In this document: positions 1-13,385 of the stretch, one piece after another
Position numbering within the stretch: position 1 is the first letter of the stretch
Layout of the letters: each line of letters starts with the position of its first letter
NCBI GenBank assembly: GCA_038496445.1
Contig: JALMLS010000446.1
Location: 79,056-143,055, forward strand
Reading direction: 5' to 3'
DNA length: 64,000 nt
DNA from: Trichosphaerium sp. ATCC 40318
Lineage: Eukaryota; Protista; Tubulinea
Made by a program: the position numbers and the translations under genes
The notes under the pieces: generated by a model
Seen by the model: the letters and a program-made list of their open reading frames with translations, nothing else
Told to the model about the DNA's origin: nothing
The model's database searches: none

Positions 1-1484
1 TTAAATCAACAAAAAGATACGACTGGTATGCCACAAGGGAAGTACGGAGAAAAACAACCATAAAAAACCGTGTCTGTAGAAAAATAAAAAAGCAGTTCGA
101 ACCAACCAACACAAGTCTGCTTTATTTTTATTTAAAAAACCCACAAACCTGCGTATCTTTTTTTCTTTTCTTCAGCGAACCATTATTGTAACGGTACCAT
201 GTAACACGCGGACAATCTCACTCACTTTTAAGTACACATACTTCATTTTGTCAAATAGGCTATTCTCGTTCCATAGTTCCCGTAGATTGTAACAACGATG
301 TGCGTTGTTTCTAGCAAGAAAAACTTTTTTTTTTTTGCAATCTTTTTTGTAAAATGGAAGCACAAACAAACCCTCTGTTATGAAGTTTTATATACTCTAT
401 AGCCATGACATTCGTTTTGCTTACATGCTGCGCTTATTGTTGATGTAGAATGGCTGTTTGTTAAAGCGCAATTTTAATGTTGAAGCTTCTTACTAACAAA
501 CTGATAAAGGCCACTGCAAATTAGCGTGTTGACACGTTTGAAGATTATGCGCATATTAATTTGCTCGCTAATAGGGTAAAGAAATACCATGGCTATTCGT
601 TTTGGTATGTAATAGGCGTAGATCAGATCATACAGCTTTGCAGTTGTTATTTTGCACTTTTCTTTTTTTTCTTTTTTTCAACCTTTGATTTTTCTGCATG
701 AAGTACTTGAACAAACTACATGTCGTTGTCGTTACCAGTAGGGATTAGTAAGAATGGTTAGTGTTATGGTAGACAAAGTAAGGTGTAAATAAAAGGTACA
801 CAGGTGCGCCTCTGGCCTTGCAGCTACGTGATCTCTTTGACCTTAATAACAGCTAGCAGATGGCATAGTAGGAGTTTTTTTTTCTGTACACGGAGATCCT
901 CATCGCTGTAATTGATGGAGACTTAATATTACTATATATGTGGTCATATTGTAGGAAAGGAAGAAAATAAAAAACGTTATGGCCAGAGCGGTTGCCCAAT
1001 TTAGTTATTATGATTTAAAAAACAAACTGAAAAACTTCCGAAAATATGTTAGAACGCAGCCACATTCCAAAATATTACGAAAAACAATCACTAATATGGT
1101 GCTATGGGCTCCATAGTTTATAAAAAACTTGTGAAGTAAGCGACGGAGTTTCCGGTTTCTCCACGAGCTTTCTAACACTTGGCACGTGACATACGTGTAC
1201 ACAGCACCCTAATTTCGCCCAAAGAATATTCTGGAATAGACAAAACCAATTGTAATCTCGTGCGAATGATTTTTCCGTATTTTTTTTTGAGTGCAGTTTT
1301 TAGTGTACCAAAACTCCGCCAAGAAAAACATGAGAACTAGTAGTTCGGAATAACTACCTTACACCGAGGTCGTCCGTAACAATATGGAAGTGTACGTTGT
1401 GCGAACAACGTGGTCTTTCCAACAAAATGCTTTTTATTAACAGAACAGTAGTATCTACACGCGCATTATGGTTAAATAGACATA

Positions 1485-4400
1485 CTATTCGTCATCTGTA
1501 ACGTTTGTAGCTGTATTGGTGGCAGAATTAGTAGATGGTAAAGTCACAGCCGTGATACCACTAGAGCGCTTACTACCAGCTCCAAGAGGATCATTCGCCA
1601 ATCTGAGTATGTGAAAACAAACCGCGTGACAAGTTATAACTAATGGTCATTAGCGCCGAAAAACACAAAATAGACTTGTCTGTCATAACACGTACCAGCA
1701 CCGAGCACAATGAACAAAGAAACAAGTACGAATTGCGTGAATCTCTCAATATTAGCGAGAACAAGCGAAACAACAAGTATAGCGAAGAAAGCTACGTTGT
1801 AAACAGCGAAGAATATAACCCGTGATTCATTAAAGAATTTAAGAGGCAGTTTTCTTATCTTGAAGGTAATGAATCCTCCAACAGCAAGTAAGAAGCCCTA
1901 GAGATGTAGGGGTAAGGTATTGAAAAACAATCAGTGGCATACGTTGGCAATCACTATTAATATCTCTATAACCTGCGCTGTAGTGTTTTGATCGCACACG
2001 TAGTAATTTTGGTTTATGCGGTACTCAGATACAGTTACCAATTTCTTTTCGATTCCTCCTGCAGCGCTCTATACACCATTAAAACAACAAAACACTTGTG
2101 TATACGTACCAATATAATTAAAACAAGAATGTGTCCAGATACAAGAGCAGAAACCCATGCGAGTACTTGCCAATTTGCTAAAAACAAATATAAACAACTT
2201 GGTGTGGTAGGCTAGGCTTACAAATAACGATAATTTCTAGTGTTTTGAGATTGAACAAGCGCTCTACACGGTATGTTTTTGCAAACAACGGCCTAGAAAC
2301 ATGCGTGTGAGTGTAACCATGAATAAAAAATAGCGTTGAAATGAGTTGTTACCCAAACAAAAGAATAAATCCAATATCAACAAGCCATGCTCTAAAATGG
2401 CATGTAAAGTCTGACACAACGTTTGGTAGAAGCGTGAAAGGCACTGCACAAAGTAAAACGCATCCGAGGATCATGAGAGCCAAGAATACAGGTGAAGACG
2501 CCTACAATTCCTTGTCAGTTGCAAAACAACTTAAAAACAGGTATACGCACTCTAATATGAGACTGTTTATGGAATATAGCCACGTATAAAAACCAAGGAA
2601 GTGTACCTAATAGCCCAATACCAGCAAGTATAGCAATAAAATACTCAGTCCAGTGGCCTAAGAAGCGTTAGCGAACTAATACGCTAGGAAGCAAAAATGA
2701 CGTTTTGTTCGTACTGAACTTTGGGTCAAAAATACGTTCTTCCCATGTAGGCATTGGGAATACTAGTTCTCTTTGCTGAATCAATGGCGGAGCTAGAGGT
2801 ATTCTATCGTCTACAACTTGATCAAGTTGCACAACAAGTGGTTGAAATTGTTGTTGACCTTCTCCTTCCCATGATACTCTACCAATAAAAGTATCTGTTC
2901 TAAGACTAAGCACTGAACGGTACATTTCAGTTTGAAACTACAAAATAGTATTAGATTTAATGTACTGGTAGTAGTGGTTACGCACAGTGCTTGCTGTAGT
3001 ACAAGTAGTATTAGGTTGTTGTAGAGTTAATGAACCATCATTATTAAGCTAAAACGCGTAAGATTGGTGCTGGTTACTTCAGCAAATAAAACCATACTGT
3101 AAGCGCATCTCCGTACTGAGACTTCATACTTTCTACACCAAGTTTCAACATTAGCGTTGCTATTGAAACTCTGACACCAAATAAAGTTATATCCTACACG
3201 GCAATAAAAAGGTGAGTTCCCTACTTTACTTTACAAAAAAAAAAAGAGAAGACTTATCGTACAGTGCCTGTAGTCTCTTGAAGCATCCTTCTAAAATTGG
3301 TTGTATTTCCAAAATGAGGGGTAGTTGGAAAATCAGCTTTACCACCCAATTCATACTAAACAAGAAAGATTAAGGAACAACTTGTTTCAATTTGTTGGTG
3401 TCTTTTTGACATTCTTTTTTTTTTCTGCTTTTTTTTTTGTTTTTGATTTGTTTTCCGATGCGTACCTCAAGATGAGTAGTTATATATCTTAGATATCGCT
3501 TTGAAAAATCATCTGCAACAGTCTCCCCAATATTAGCTACTTGCATAAACTTTGGTGTGTAGTCGTTGCGTTCAAACTCTTCCATAACAAGAGCAGCACC
3601 TCTAACAAATATATGACAATACAGTATAGCATCTGAATCAGCTGCGATCATTTCTCTTGCAGCACCAGTTAAGTTCTGTTTAAACGCGTCAGGGTAGTCT
3701 TGTGCTGGGAATGTAAAAGGATTATTGCCAGGAGGTATCGACACTAAAAAAAGGATTAGAAAACACAGGTGTAAATGACAAAAGAAGAAGTTGGACATGT
3801 GATATCTTACCTGCAAATGCCCCGAAATTGAATACATTAACGTGAGCTTTCACTTCGATTCTGTTACGGCGTAATGCGTCCAAGAAATTAGGATGAGTAC
3901 ATCTTGTAGCGTACGGAGCGCCACCGGGGTGGTTCTAGAGAAAGGTATTAGCGACAACGCTGGAAGAAGTTATGTACGTCATAAACGAGGGTAACTGTTT
4001 TAACTCCAGCCAGCCTCAATAGTGGTATAGTAGACTGAATTTGTTGTGACGCTAGTGTAGCAGATGATAAAAACAGCCTACTGCTTTCAATACTGACCTC
4101 ATCTTCTGTTGCATAGGCCACTAACACTGGTAAGCAGCATAGTAAAATCAAATCACAACAAGCTAAGAACTTACGTATAAACTGTCCTAACGGATCTGTA
4201 ACACTTTGGGTAATACTCGGATGTATAGCAAATGAACCAAGCATAAGAGTTACAGTAGGGTCAGCAATCAATTGAGCGTTTTGCTCTGCCATTAGGGTGA
4301 AGTTGTATTGATCATCGAGAACTCTGAAATTAAACCCAACCTCCTCATTACCGAACTTTATCGGGTTTATAGTTTGTGTCCATACTTCAAGGAACTTTAG

Positions 4401-4745
4401 GGCATCCCTAAGAGGTTTTAGGTTAAAATTGGTTGAGTTAGGCTTTTTTTGGTAGTATACTATTTGCGGTGCAGTTTTGCAGCAAATTGTGTTCGTTGCA
4501 ACTCGGCTTTGTCTGCTTTTCGCGTATAGATGGTATTTAACGTACAGTATAGTAACCATCACTCCCTGGAATGGTCCAGCACTAATAGAAAGCGTCATGC
4601 CTAATTTAATTTAATACAACGATAAAACGCAGTAGTAATACGCCGTAAAACGCTTTCGCATATAGTTTTGAAGCTTACCGATAGTTATATTACGTAAACA
4701 AGTTGCACAAACAAACAACGTTGCTAATAACACTAAAAAACGCAT
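1485..4745 (-). CDS. Family C (GABA-B/Grl-like) GPCR: signal peptide, periplasmic-binding/Venus-flytrap-like ectodomain, 7TM; multi-exon
   Basis: Spliced translation starts MRFLVLLATLFVCATC. Ectodomain fragments are in ORFs 3948-4598 and 3370-3837. The TM region has family C motifs ASSPVFL, LFAKTYRV and FNESRVI. It ends ...NVTDDE* at 1485. Confidence 0.85.
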
Positions 4746-5494
4746 GCTTCGTCTTGTAGTTGAAGGATGAGTTGTTTTATGGTTTTATGTTTTTGGTATT
4801 GTCTAAAATAGGCATCTTAACCTCTATTGACTACATTTTTCTTAGTCTTTACGTAACCGTATATAAAACAACGAAATAAAGGCAGCTTTAGTAGTGTTTA
4901 AAGAACTTTTTATTTGCATTTATGTGTACATCCAGAAAACCGTTTCTGGCCTTCAGAAAAGAAATGCCGTGTACTGGAGAACGCAAGGCACCACAGAGAA
5001 CATTAAACAACTAGGTTTTAGTTTTTTGTATGTAGGTTGGCAAATACAAAACGGGAAAGTGGCTTTTTTTTTTTTGCAAAGTAGCTAATTATAGATCAAA
5101 ATACACTGTTTTTTTACGTACCTACACAACATGCGCAGAAATGAGTTGCACAAATTTGTTTTGAGGTCCTCATTTATGTGAAGGGTTGTTAGGGCTGGTG
5201 TATTCCTTTCATGCTTCTAAGAGGTGTTAAAAGGTTGTTGTCGTAAAAACTTGTGTTCGTTTTATTTCTCAAAATACTTGAGTTTTAATCTCTAGAAAGC
5301 ATGTAAGATTTATCCCTCAACTTCCTCGTTACACTCCGTCTTGAAGTATTAGCTAGACTTCACAATTTTAGATCATTATTGTATTCCACAAAGCCGGAGG
5401 TGAGTCACCTTCAGCTATCACGTGACTTTTTTTTTCTGGCACAAAATTGTAGTAAGTCAAACATAACTCTAGCGTAAAGCCAGGTAAATATTAG

Positions 5495-5879
5495 ATGGAG
5501 CAGCCAACAGTGATACGTTTAACTTCAGGTACGTATACCTGCGAGCAAATTGAGGTTGATGACAACAACAGGGCAGGCAGCAATGGCAGAACATTGTAAT
5601 ATAATCGCAACAAACACAATTAGACCATACACCGAAGAGTTAGCTGCTTTTTTAACAGAAAAATGCGCAACCGCATCATTAAGACTAAAAGCGAAGCTTA
5701 CATGGAATGAAGTAGATAAACAAAACGTATTAACGCTAAAGGGAATCAAATCAAGTCATATCAATGCTATGCTCATTTTACCAATGTTAATCATACAGTA
5801 TTTTCTTTCACAAGGATTTAAACTTGTGAGTGAAGTATGTACACACAAAGGAGATTTCGTTTTGACGTTTGCCAAGTGA
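5495..5879 (+). CDS. Small hypothetical protein (2 exons)
   Basis: ATG 5495 MEQPTVIRLTS, GTACGT intron, then in frame into ORF 5550-5879 (...QYFLSQGFKLVSEV...). Confidence 0.6.
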
Positions 5880-6123
5880 ATTCTAAGAATAAAAACTAAT
5901 TTGACACTAAGCAGTGTAAAGCAAGCAAAAAAACTGACGAATAAATGGTTAGGTAGTAATTTGGACTACAGTTCCAGTGTACAATAAGCATAAGACATGT
6001 TGCTTTGGTAACATACTACTAGTATGAGTAGTTGGACCCCATTTAATGTCTGTAAATGGTAATATCGAGTATTGTATAGAAGTTTCAGGAAGTTCTGTTG
6101 TTTTTTTCAGGATAAAATAGGAA

Positions 6124-7153
6124 TTATCGCCTGTATCCAGATGTGAATAATTTACCATCGCTCCATGTCTTAAACTCTCCCTTCCGTTTGCCATTGGAGT
6201 AATTTGTTAGTTCAACCAGAGCTCCGTTCTCCCACCTCTTGTGCACTCCTTCTTTTTTACCATTGATGAAATTACAGTGTTCTTCCATTTGCCCATTGGA
6301 TTGCCACACTTTGCACTCTCCTTCAATTTTATCATTAACATAATTACAATACATGTATATTTGACCATTTTTATGCCATTCCCTATACTCTCCTTCTTGC
6401 TTACCGTTGATATCACAGCATTGCATCCTCAACTGGCCATTAGCGTGCCATTCCTTGTACTCTCCTTCTTGTCTTCCATATTCGAAACAACAAGTTATAT
6501 GACACTGACCATTCTCACGCCATGACTTGTACTCTCCTTCTCTTTGTCCATTTACGTAAAACCCATGTGCAGCTAACTGACCGTTTGTATACCATGTCTT
6601 AAACTCTCCTTCCTGTCTATTGTTCCTGTATGTAGTTTTTATGGACAACGTTCTGTTATCGTGCCACTCCTTGAATTCTCCTACTAGTTTTCCATCGACA
6701 TAAAAACAATGTGTCTTCAACTGTCCGTTTCTGTACCACATTTTAAACTCACCATTCTTTTTGTCATTAGCGTAGTCTGATTTACAGTACAACTGACCCT
6801 CGTCATACCACTCTTTAAGCTCTCCATGTAGTTTTCCATGTGACCAATATGCTTGATACACGATTTGTTCTTTTCGAACAAGTTCGCGATCGATGAAAAT
6901 TCCTACTGTTTTGCATCTTTTCCATTTCCCGTTTTTTTTTAAATCACTATCAAATCTCGTTGTCATTGCCGTCTGTCGGGATAGCAAAGGCCACTTATTA
7001 TATATTATGTAGTCTAGATCGATAATATCGAGGTGAAGCTCTGTTGGAAGCATCAGTAGGTTGGAACAACCGTTACTCGCGGAATTCAGCTGAACGTAAT
7101 AGTTAGTATCAGAATCTTTATAAATGCTAAGGAGGCACCTTGCGTTTTGCCAT
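6124..7153 (-). CDS. F-box-like + MORN-variant (YwqK-like) repeat protein, paralog 1
   Basis: Exon 1 MAKRK (7139-7153), intron 7090-7138, then one long exon: LLMLPTELHLDIID (F-box-like) followed by repeats of about 24 aa of the form GEFKEWYxNGQL...YxNGKxE. Confidence 0.9.
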
Positions 7154-7491
7154 GAAGGGTTCTGTTGGCGGAATAATTGCCCTTGACGCCAGTTTGACTA
7201 AAAGACAACGACAATGAACAAAAACCGTTAGACCTAAGACAGCGACAATCTTTTGGAGGAAAGGAGCAGTTTAGTAAGACGACTTTTAAAAACCCGACCC
7301 GTTATCACGTGATAAAACTTTTTGGAATAGTTATAGCTGTAGCTGTACATCTACACAATAACTGCTGCTCAATGTTTCGCCTGTGGAATACAACAATACA
7401 GGCGAGATAAAATGGTGTACAAATGGGTTTTATTTCAGTTTTTTGGTTTTGTTACATTTTTTTTTTTCATATTTTTGTTTAAGTATCAACT

Positions 7492-9735
7492 TTATACATT
7501 TTGGTCTTCGGCAGTTGCTATACAATCAGGGTACGGGTCCATAGAGGATTCTTCTGCTGAAGATTCTCCAGCGTATGATTCCCCACCAAACTTTGAAGAT
7601 GAAGGATTTGCCTGTGATCCTCCACGTGATGAGAAAAAGTAAATAACGCAGCATATTTGTAAAGAGCTTGCTAAAAAAAGTAGAGCGGTGAAGGATGTCA
7701 CAATTATGCAATATGCTACTGGTTCTTCTTTGAGGCTTGATAAGAATAGTACAATGTAAATCGAAAGAAACATTATGATAACACCAACAGCCAGTGCACA
7801 GTACGCAGCCTAAAAGGTGAATTAATTTTTTCGTTTTACTTCGATTTTTTGACATTTGCAATTATCAACACCCATGGCGCTGATAATTGTGTCAACACAA
7901 AAAATAGATTCTCTTGTTTGCGTTTAAGTACTTTAAAAGTCAAAAGGAAAATTGCAGATCGCTTGATTCATATAGAGGATGAAACTCAAGTCATTTCGAA
8001 CTTACCTTCTTGATAGCGGTTTTATCAGGAGAATTCCTCATCGGTCTTACAATACTTATTATTCTTACTGTAGTAGCTGCATAAAAAATACCAATGAGAG
8101 CGAAGAAAGCAATAAACATAAGTTCTACGATATCACCCATAAGCCCAGTCACCTAAACAAAGATCAGCCAAAAAAATTCCGAAAAAAACAAGCAAACTTT
8201 TCTTCCAATTGTTGAACGACACGTGCTATTCACGCATGTTAAATATGGTATTTCGATACTTACCATAAAGTTTACAAGCTCAGCAGCAGATACAAGAACT
8301 ACAAGAGCAGCTAGACCAACTACGAAGACAATTCTTGTTATTGTATTATTTGTTATAGCCTTTTGAGGATCCAAGTCTGTATTTCTATTATCGACTGCAT
8401 GAATGAGAACTTTTTTAAAGCTCAGTACGTTATACCAATGCAACGCCATAAGTATAAAAGAACCGAAAGCAAATGGGTATGCTATACGATTAAATACATC
8501 TGTGAAAGCAGGATGATAAAGTCTTCTACAAGAGAACAAATCCACTGACTGTAATATCCTAACTAAACAAAAAAAACCCATTAATTACACGTGTAAACAT
8601 TCTTTTTACTATCCCCTTTAAACGCGCTGATTTAAATAGAACATAAATCCTTGAACGGGGAGGGAAAAATCTGTGGTAAAGCACAAGGAGGCAATTGTTT
8701 AGAAAATCACAAAAATTAGATGATTTTTTTTTTCTTCTGTTTAGCTCTTTTTTCGTTATTACACGTCATGCATGATATCACGTGTACAGAAAATAAAAAC
8801 CTCAAAAATTGTAATTTCTACGTACTCAAATTTGCTATAAATTCCAGAACGAATATAAGTATGTCTATGGATACAGTACATCGCTTATCAATTTTATACA
8901 TTATCAAATACGCAAAACAAATCATAGTATTTCCTGCAGACCACACGAAAAGAACCATTTGTGCGGCTAAACCGTATCCTACGCTTCCTAATGTTGCTAT
9001 CCATGGGTTATCCTCTAAAAAAAAGACAGTCACGTTTTCTGAACATACAACAACGCAGAAACGAAAAATTGAAAAAAAAATATAACATCTAAGTGCCGTA
9101 ATACCTGAGTGTAAGTGACCCATGACGTTGTTTGGATCTCCTGAGATAATATCAAAAATAACGTCGAAATCCTTAGCTAAAGGTCTTATAAGATTATTAC
9201 GAAGTAGGAACGATATAAATCGCTCACCAGCTATGCTAGCAACAGGTATTTCAACTTGATGGTCTTTATGGTTTGTGTCAAACCATACTTTACCAGGGGT
9301 CGCTACATCCTTTAAAACAACGGCTAGAGCACCTTGTCTCTGTAGGCGTAATATATTAGGCTCAACAAGGCTTCCAGGACGAAACGATGCCAAAACAATT
9401 TGGTGAGAAAATGACCCATTTTTGAATATTTTATCATGTGTTAGCTGCGTTGATATATTAGCCCACCGTGTTCTCGATTTTAGAAACCTTTAAATTGGGA
9501 TTAATCTAATCACATGCGAATAATAAAAGGAAAATAAAAAAAAAAAATGCCTGGTGGCTTTATGGCAACAGTACGAAATTTCCCGTCGTACGGTAAGTCC
9601 GCAGTTTTATATGATTTATCTTTTACAATCAAATGACAATAAGATATTGCCAAAAAGGTAGTACATAGCCACAGACCCTTTTTGTTTATTAATTAGAATG
9701 AAGTAGATATAGATACGTACAATAGGCCAACGCAT
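7492..9735 (-). CDS. Multi-pass (about 7TM) membrane protein with N-terminal PA-like ectodomain
   Basis: Exon with LQRQGALAVVLKD...EIPVASIAG (PA-domain-like), followed by several hydrophobic helices (ORFs 8818-9393, 8153-8581) and a Ser-rich tail. The start is approximate. Confidence 0.65.
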
Positions 9736-10396
9736 AGTTATTTATAAGCTCTTGCAGTATCAAGATTGTATTTTTTTTGTTAGTGAAGATTTTTGACTTT
9801 AAATGGACGGAGAAAGGTTGTTACACTCCGAGACGGTGCTATCAAGCCTGGTAGGTTTAGTATCCATTTACTAAGATGTTTGCCACGTTCTTGTTGCTGT
9901 TAAGAATATAGTGACGTGATCATTGTTGCTATGTACACGTGATAGAACGTTTCGAAAAGCGTTCAACCCTCGTTTTTACAATGATGCACTAAATGTACTA
10001 AAATGCCTTTCAAGTGCTTTTTCGCTTTTGAAAATAATGTAGATTGCACTAACACTATTAAAGTAAAATTTCTATATTAGGCACAGCCACGTTAAAGACG
10101 ATTATGGCCAAATTTAAAAGTGACAATTTTAATACGCCCTAAGCGTTGCCTACACGCACTATAACATCATAACGTGCTAATGGAACTTAAATGGTAATTA
10201 ATACAGGTAAATTTCGTATTGTCAATTTCGTTTGAGTCGCCAACAACACTTGACGCGATAATTCGCCGTTTTTGTACAAATAACTCCACAAAAAAAAAAA
10301 ATAGCACGTGGTAGAAACGTGTCAAAAAAACTTTGCCACGTGAACTAACAAAGACAGTTTATTAAAATAAAACAATACGCTCCGACGTTAGCTGCT

Positions 10397-11284
10397 TTAC
10401 AAAGTCAACTTTGAGCGCATTACCATGACAGGACATGGTGCGTGTTTCAAGATGTACTAAACAATAAACTTAGCAAAGTGAAAAAAACGCAAAAAAAACC
10501 AAGCATGCTGTGAGCTTTCTCGATACTTTTCCACCTCACACGGCATGTGAAGAAGCGTCTTGTATCAATTATGCAGCACAACATAGTAGTAACAAAGCTT
10601 GGATAGTAAACAAAAACGTACCTCTGAAACACTGCCGAGTAATGTTTTCTTAAGACTCCTAAGAATGAAATTAGATTCACAGAAAACAATGTTCTTAGAC
10701 TGGTGTTTGGTAGTTTCAATTTGGTACATACTTTTCGCGTTGTCCAGTGAGGATGTAGTCTACTTGTGTCGTTTTACAAAACTCAACGACAGCCTAGAAG
10801 AAAAAACATCAGAGCGAAGTTGTTTTTGGTTTTCTTGCAACTAGGGGAGTCACTTACCTTTCCAGGGTTATTGGCATGCACTGCTTGGAGTTCATAGGTC
10901 AAGCCAGCGGCGAGCTGGTTTCAGTTAGGAAAGAATGCAGTATTAATCGCTTACTTTTGTTTTCTCGTCCTCTATCATTCGTTTGTACTTGTGTAGAAGG
11001 CCATCAGCTGCTTTTTTCTCGTCAAGTTTCGCAAAACAGTGAAATAGTATTATCTACGCTATGTGGTAAGTATAAAGGCGCGTAAGAGCTCGAAGCGTTA
11101 AAAAATAGTTTATTAACGTCAAAATCATCTTATGTACCTTATCCTTTCGTTCTGGGTTTGCGAAATCATGAAAAACGCTAATTAAACGCGTTAGCCGTAA
11201 AAGGAAGAAATGTTAACGTCACCTCATGAACGCTTTATCAGCATGGTGAGATGGGTCAACGCAAAGAAGGTAAGTGATGCTCAT
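10397..11284 (-). CDS. Universal stress protein (UspA family), about 7 exons; not visible in the ORF track
   Basis: Spliced: MSITYLLCVDPSHHADKAF...IILFHC...NNPGKAVVEFCKTTQVDYILTGQREKSLKKTLLGSVSEYILKHAPCPVMVMRSKLTL*. The LGSVS..ILKHAPCPVMV end is the USP signature. Confidence 0.9.
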
Positions 11285-11728
11285 GATGTATGTTGTATGT
11301 TGTTATTATGGGTATTCTTAGATACCCAACACTTAACGCTGCTTAAGTCTTTTACCGAAAGCTGTACCACAGCTACGATTACACTGGTACGAAAAGTAGG
11401 CGTTGTAAAATAATATGGAATTCTATTTAGCTGATTATGAACTTAGCAACCTCCTAATCTCAACCAACAATCACTTAGTCCAAGTTTAAGCCTACTACTA
11501 AGTACTGTGTTACCACGGTAGTGGCCCAACGTTCTAATATATGCAATCAAGGTGCCAGGTGCAATGAGCTGCCAACAAGCCAACCTATAAGTTGGGCGGC
11601 AATAAATGTTGTATTCACTGATTGCAGAATAACTATCAAGAAAATACGAGTACGACTGCAAAATATGAACACATAGGTTAAAATATAAGGGGTATTTTAT
11701 ACACTTTATTTACAATTTTTTTTTTCGA

Positions 11729-12446
11729 TCACAACATAACCGATTTTGTAGCAGTTTCGTCATCATCTGATGATTCATGCATACTAACTTCTATATGTTC
11801 TTTTGGTATGATCATATCACCTTCACGTATAAATCCTTCTGGTGTATATTCTAGATTAACACGAAGTACTGGCGGGTTGTTTCTTCTCTTCCTTGACTTC
11901 AACTTGATATCAAAAGTGCCATCAAAAGGAGAAGTCAGTTTTCCAAATTTGTTCATATTGACAACTGCTCGTCCTAGAGTCTTATTGATTCCGCTTCTTC
12001 TTCTCCTCCTTACTTTGAATATTATAAGAAGAGCTTTACGTCTTTCCTGATTAATTTCAATAGGATCCAGCTTCGTATTCCATAAAACTTGTTGTCGGCT
12101 TGGTATTTTTTTTGTACTTTGTTTTTCATTTGTCGTTCCTCCTTCGCCCCAAACTCTTACTTCAACGAAATATACTCCGGCTCTCTTCTTGTCAACGTTC
12201 TGACTGAGCTGACGCGCATCCTCGACGCGGACAATTAATATTCCTTTATCAAACCTTGGAGCTCCCGTAAGGTCATGAAGTTGTCTCTCTGATTCTCTGT
12301 TTTTCGCTAGAGCTAAGAGTAAGTATAAAAATACAAACGAGGTTTTTAATTTTAAAATGTTTACCTTTTTTCTTGTGGTCGCGTACTGCAGCTACGACTG
12401 CGGCTGTGACTACTGCTGATCCTGCTAATATTAGAATGCCTGCCAT
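11729..12446 (-). CDS. N-terminally membrane-anchored C2-domain protein
   Basis: MAGILILAGSAVVTAAVVAAV anchor, then GILIVRVEDARQL...FVEVRV...STKKI...LWN...KTLGRAVVNM...LRVNLEY (C2 pattern). Confidence 0.75.
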
Positions 12447-12640
12447 TTGAGTTGTTGTATGTGTTGGTTTTGTATAAAATGACTATTTCAAGATTCGTCA
12501 ATTATCGCCATCATTTTTGGTAACGTCAACTTTCGCAATTTTATCCGTTTTTCGCGAGTTTCCCCGGTTCAAATATAATTAGTATAGATACACGTACAAT
12601 ATAATACCATTATTTCAGGGCATAAAGTTAAAGAAGAGAT

Positions 12641-13270
12641 TCAGCGAAAACGTGAAAGTAATTCACGGGTCACCGCTTTTATGACTTCAGGCGTTCTTGG
12701 GGGTTCACTGTTTGGATATCCCGGATGGTACACGAACATTACACGATAATATACTTTTAGCTGTAAACTTAACAAATACTTCATCAAATCATAAATCGTC
12801 ATACTTTCGCCTAACAATAGTCGATAAGACCGAAACCTACTGTAGTTTGGTGTCATACGTACAGTCCCTAATTATACCAAGCTAATTGTACTTATGGTAG
12901 GTAAGCACCGTTGGCTCCAATTCAGACTCACCTTTGCTTTTCAAACAAAGTTCTGCCCAACCTGTAATTAGTGTACACAATCGATATACTTCATTTTTCA
13001 GCTTTCATAGGAATGTTGCTAAAATGAGCTCTACTTTTTTCCAAATTTTCTCCACAAGTTTCCCCACTACATCTCGCTATTGACTTCTGCACCGTGACGA
13101 AATTCTACAGACCACAAACATGCGAAAGGTGAGTTGCCAAAGTTACTCGGATACGTCCGTTGCACGTGATTGTCTGTAGGGAGTGGCAACGAATGCGAGA
13201 CTTTTTCAATCTTAATCGTGACATGTTTTGTAGACAGTTCTGGTAATAGTAATACAAATATTTTATTCAT
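12641..13270 (-). CDS. Possible small hypothetical gene (structure unresolved)
   Basis: Short exon-like segments flanked by splice-like sites; no recognisable domain. Confidence 0.25.
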
Positions 13271-13385
13271 TGAGTGCTCTGAGATAACCTCGTATGGTTT
13301 TTTTTTGTTTAAATTACAATACTAGTCACGAGCAAAAGCCCGATAAATAGTTTTTTTACAGAGTTTTTTTTTTACCATCTCTTAT

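Noticed and set aside
1-870. Exon-like fragments on the minus strand at the window start
   Set aside because: No coherent spliced ORF or domain could be established.
10415-10445. Short hairpin accatg-acagga-catggt as a possible ncRNA
   Set aside because: It lies in the last coding exon of the minus-strand USP gene (HAPCPVMV).
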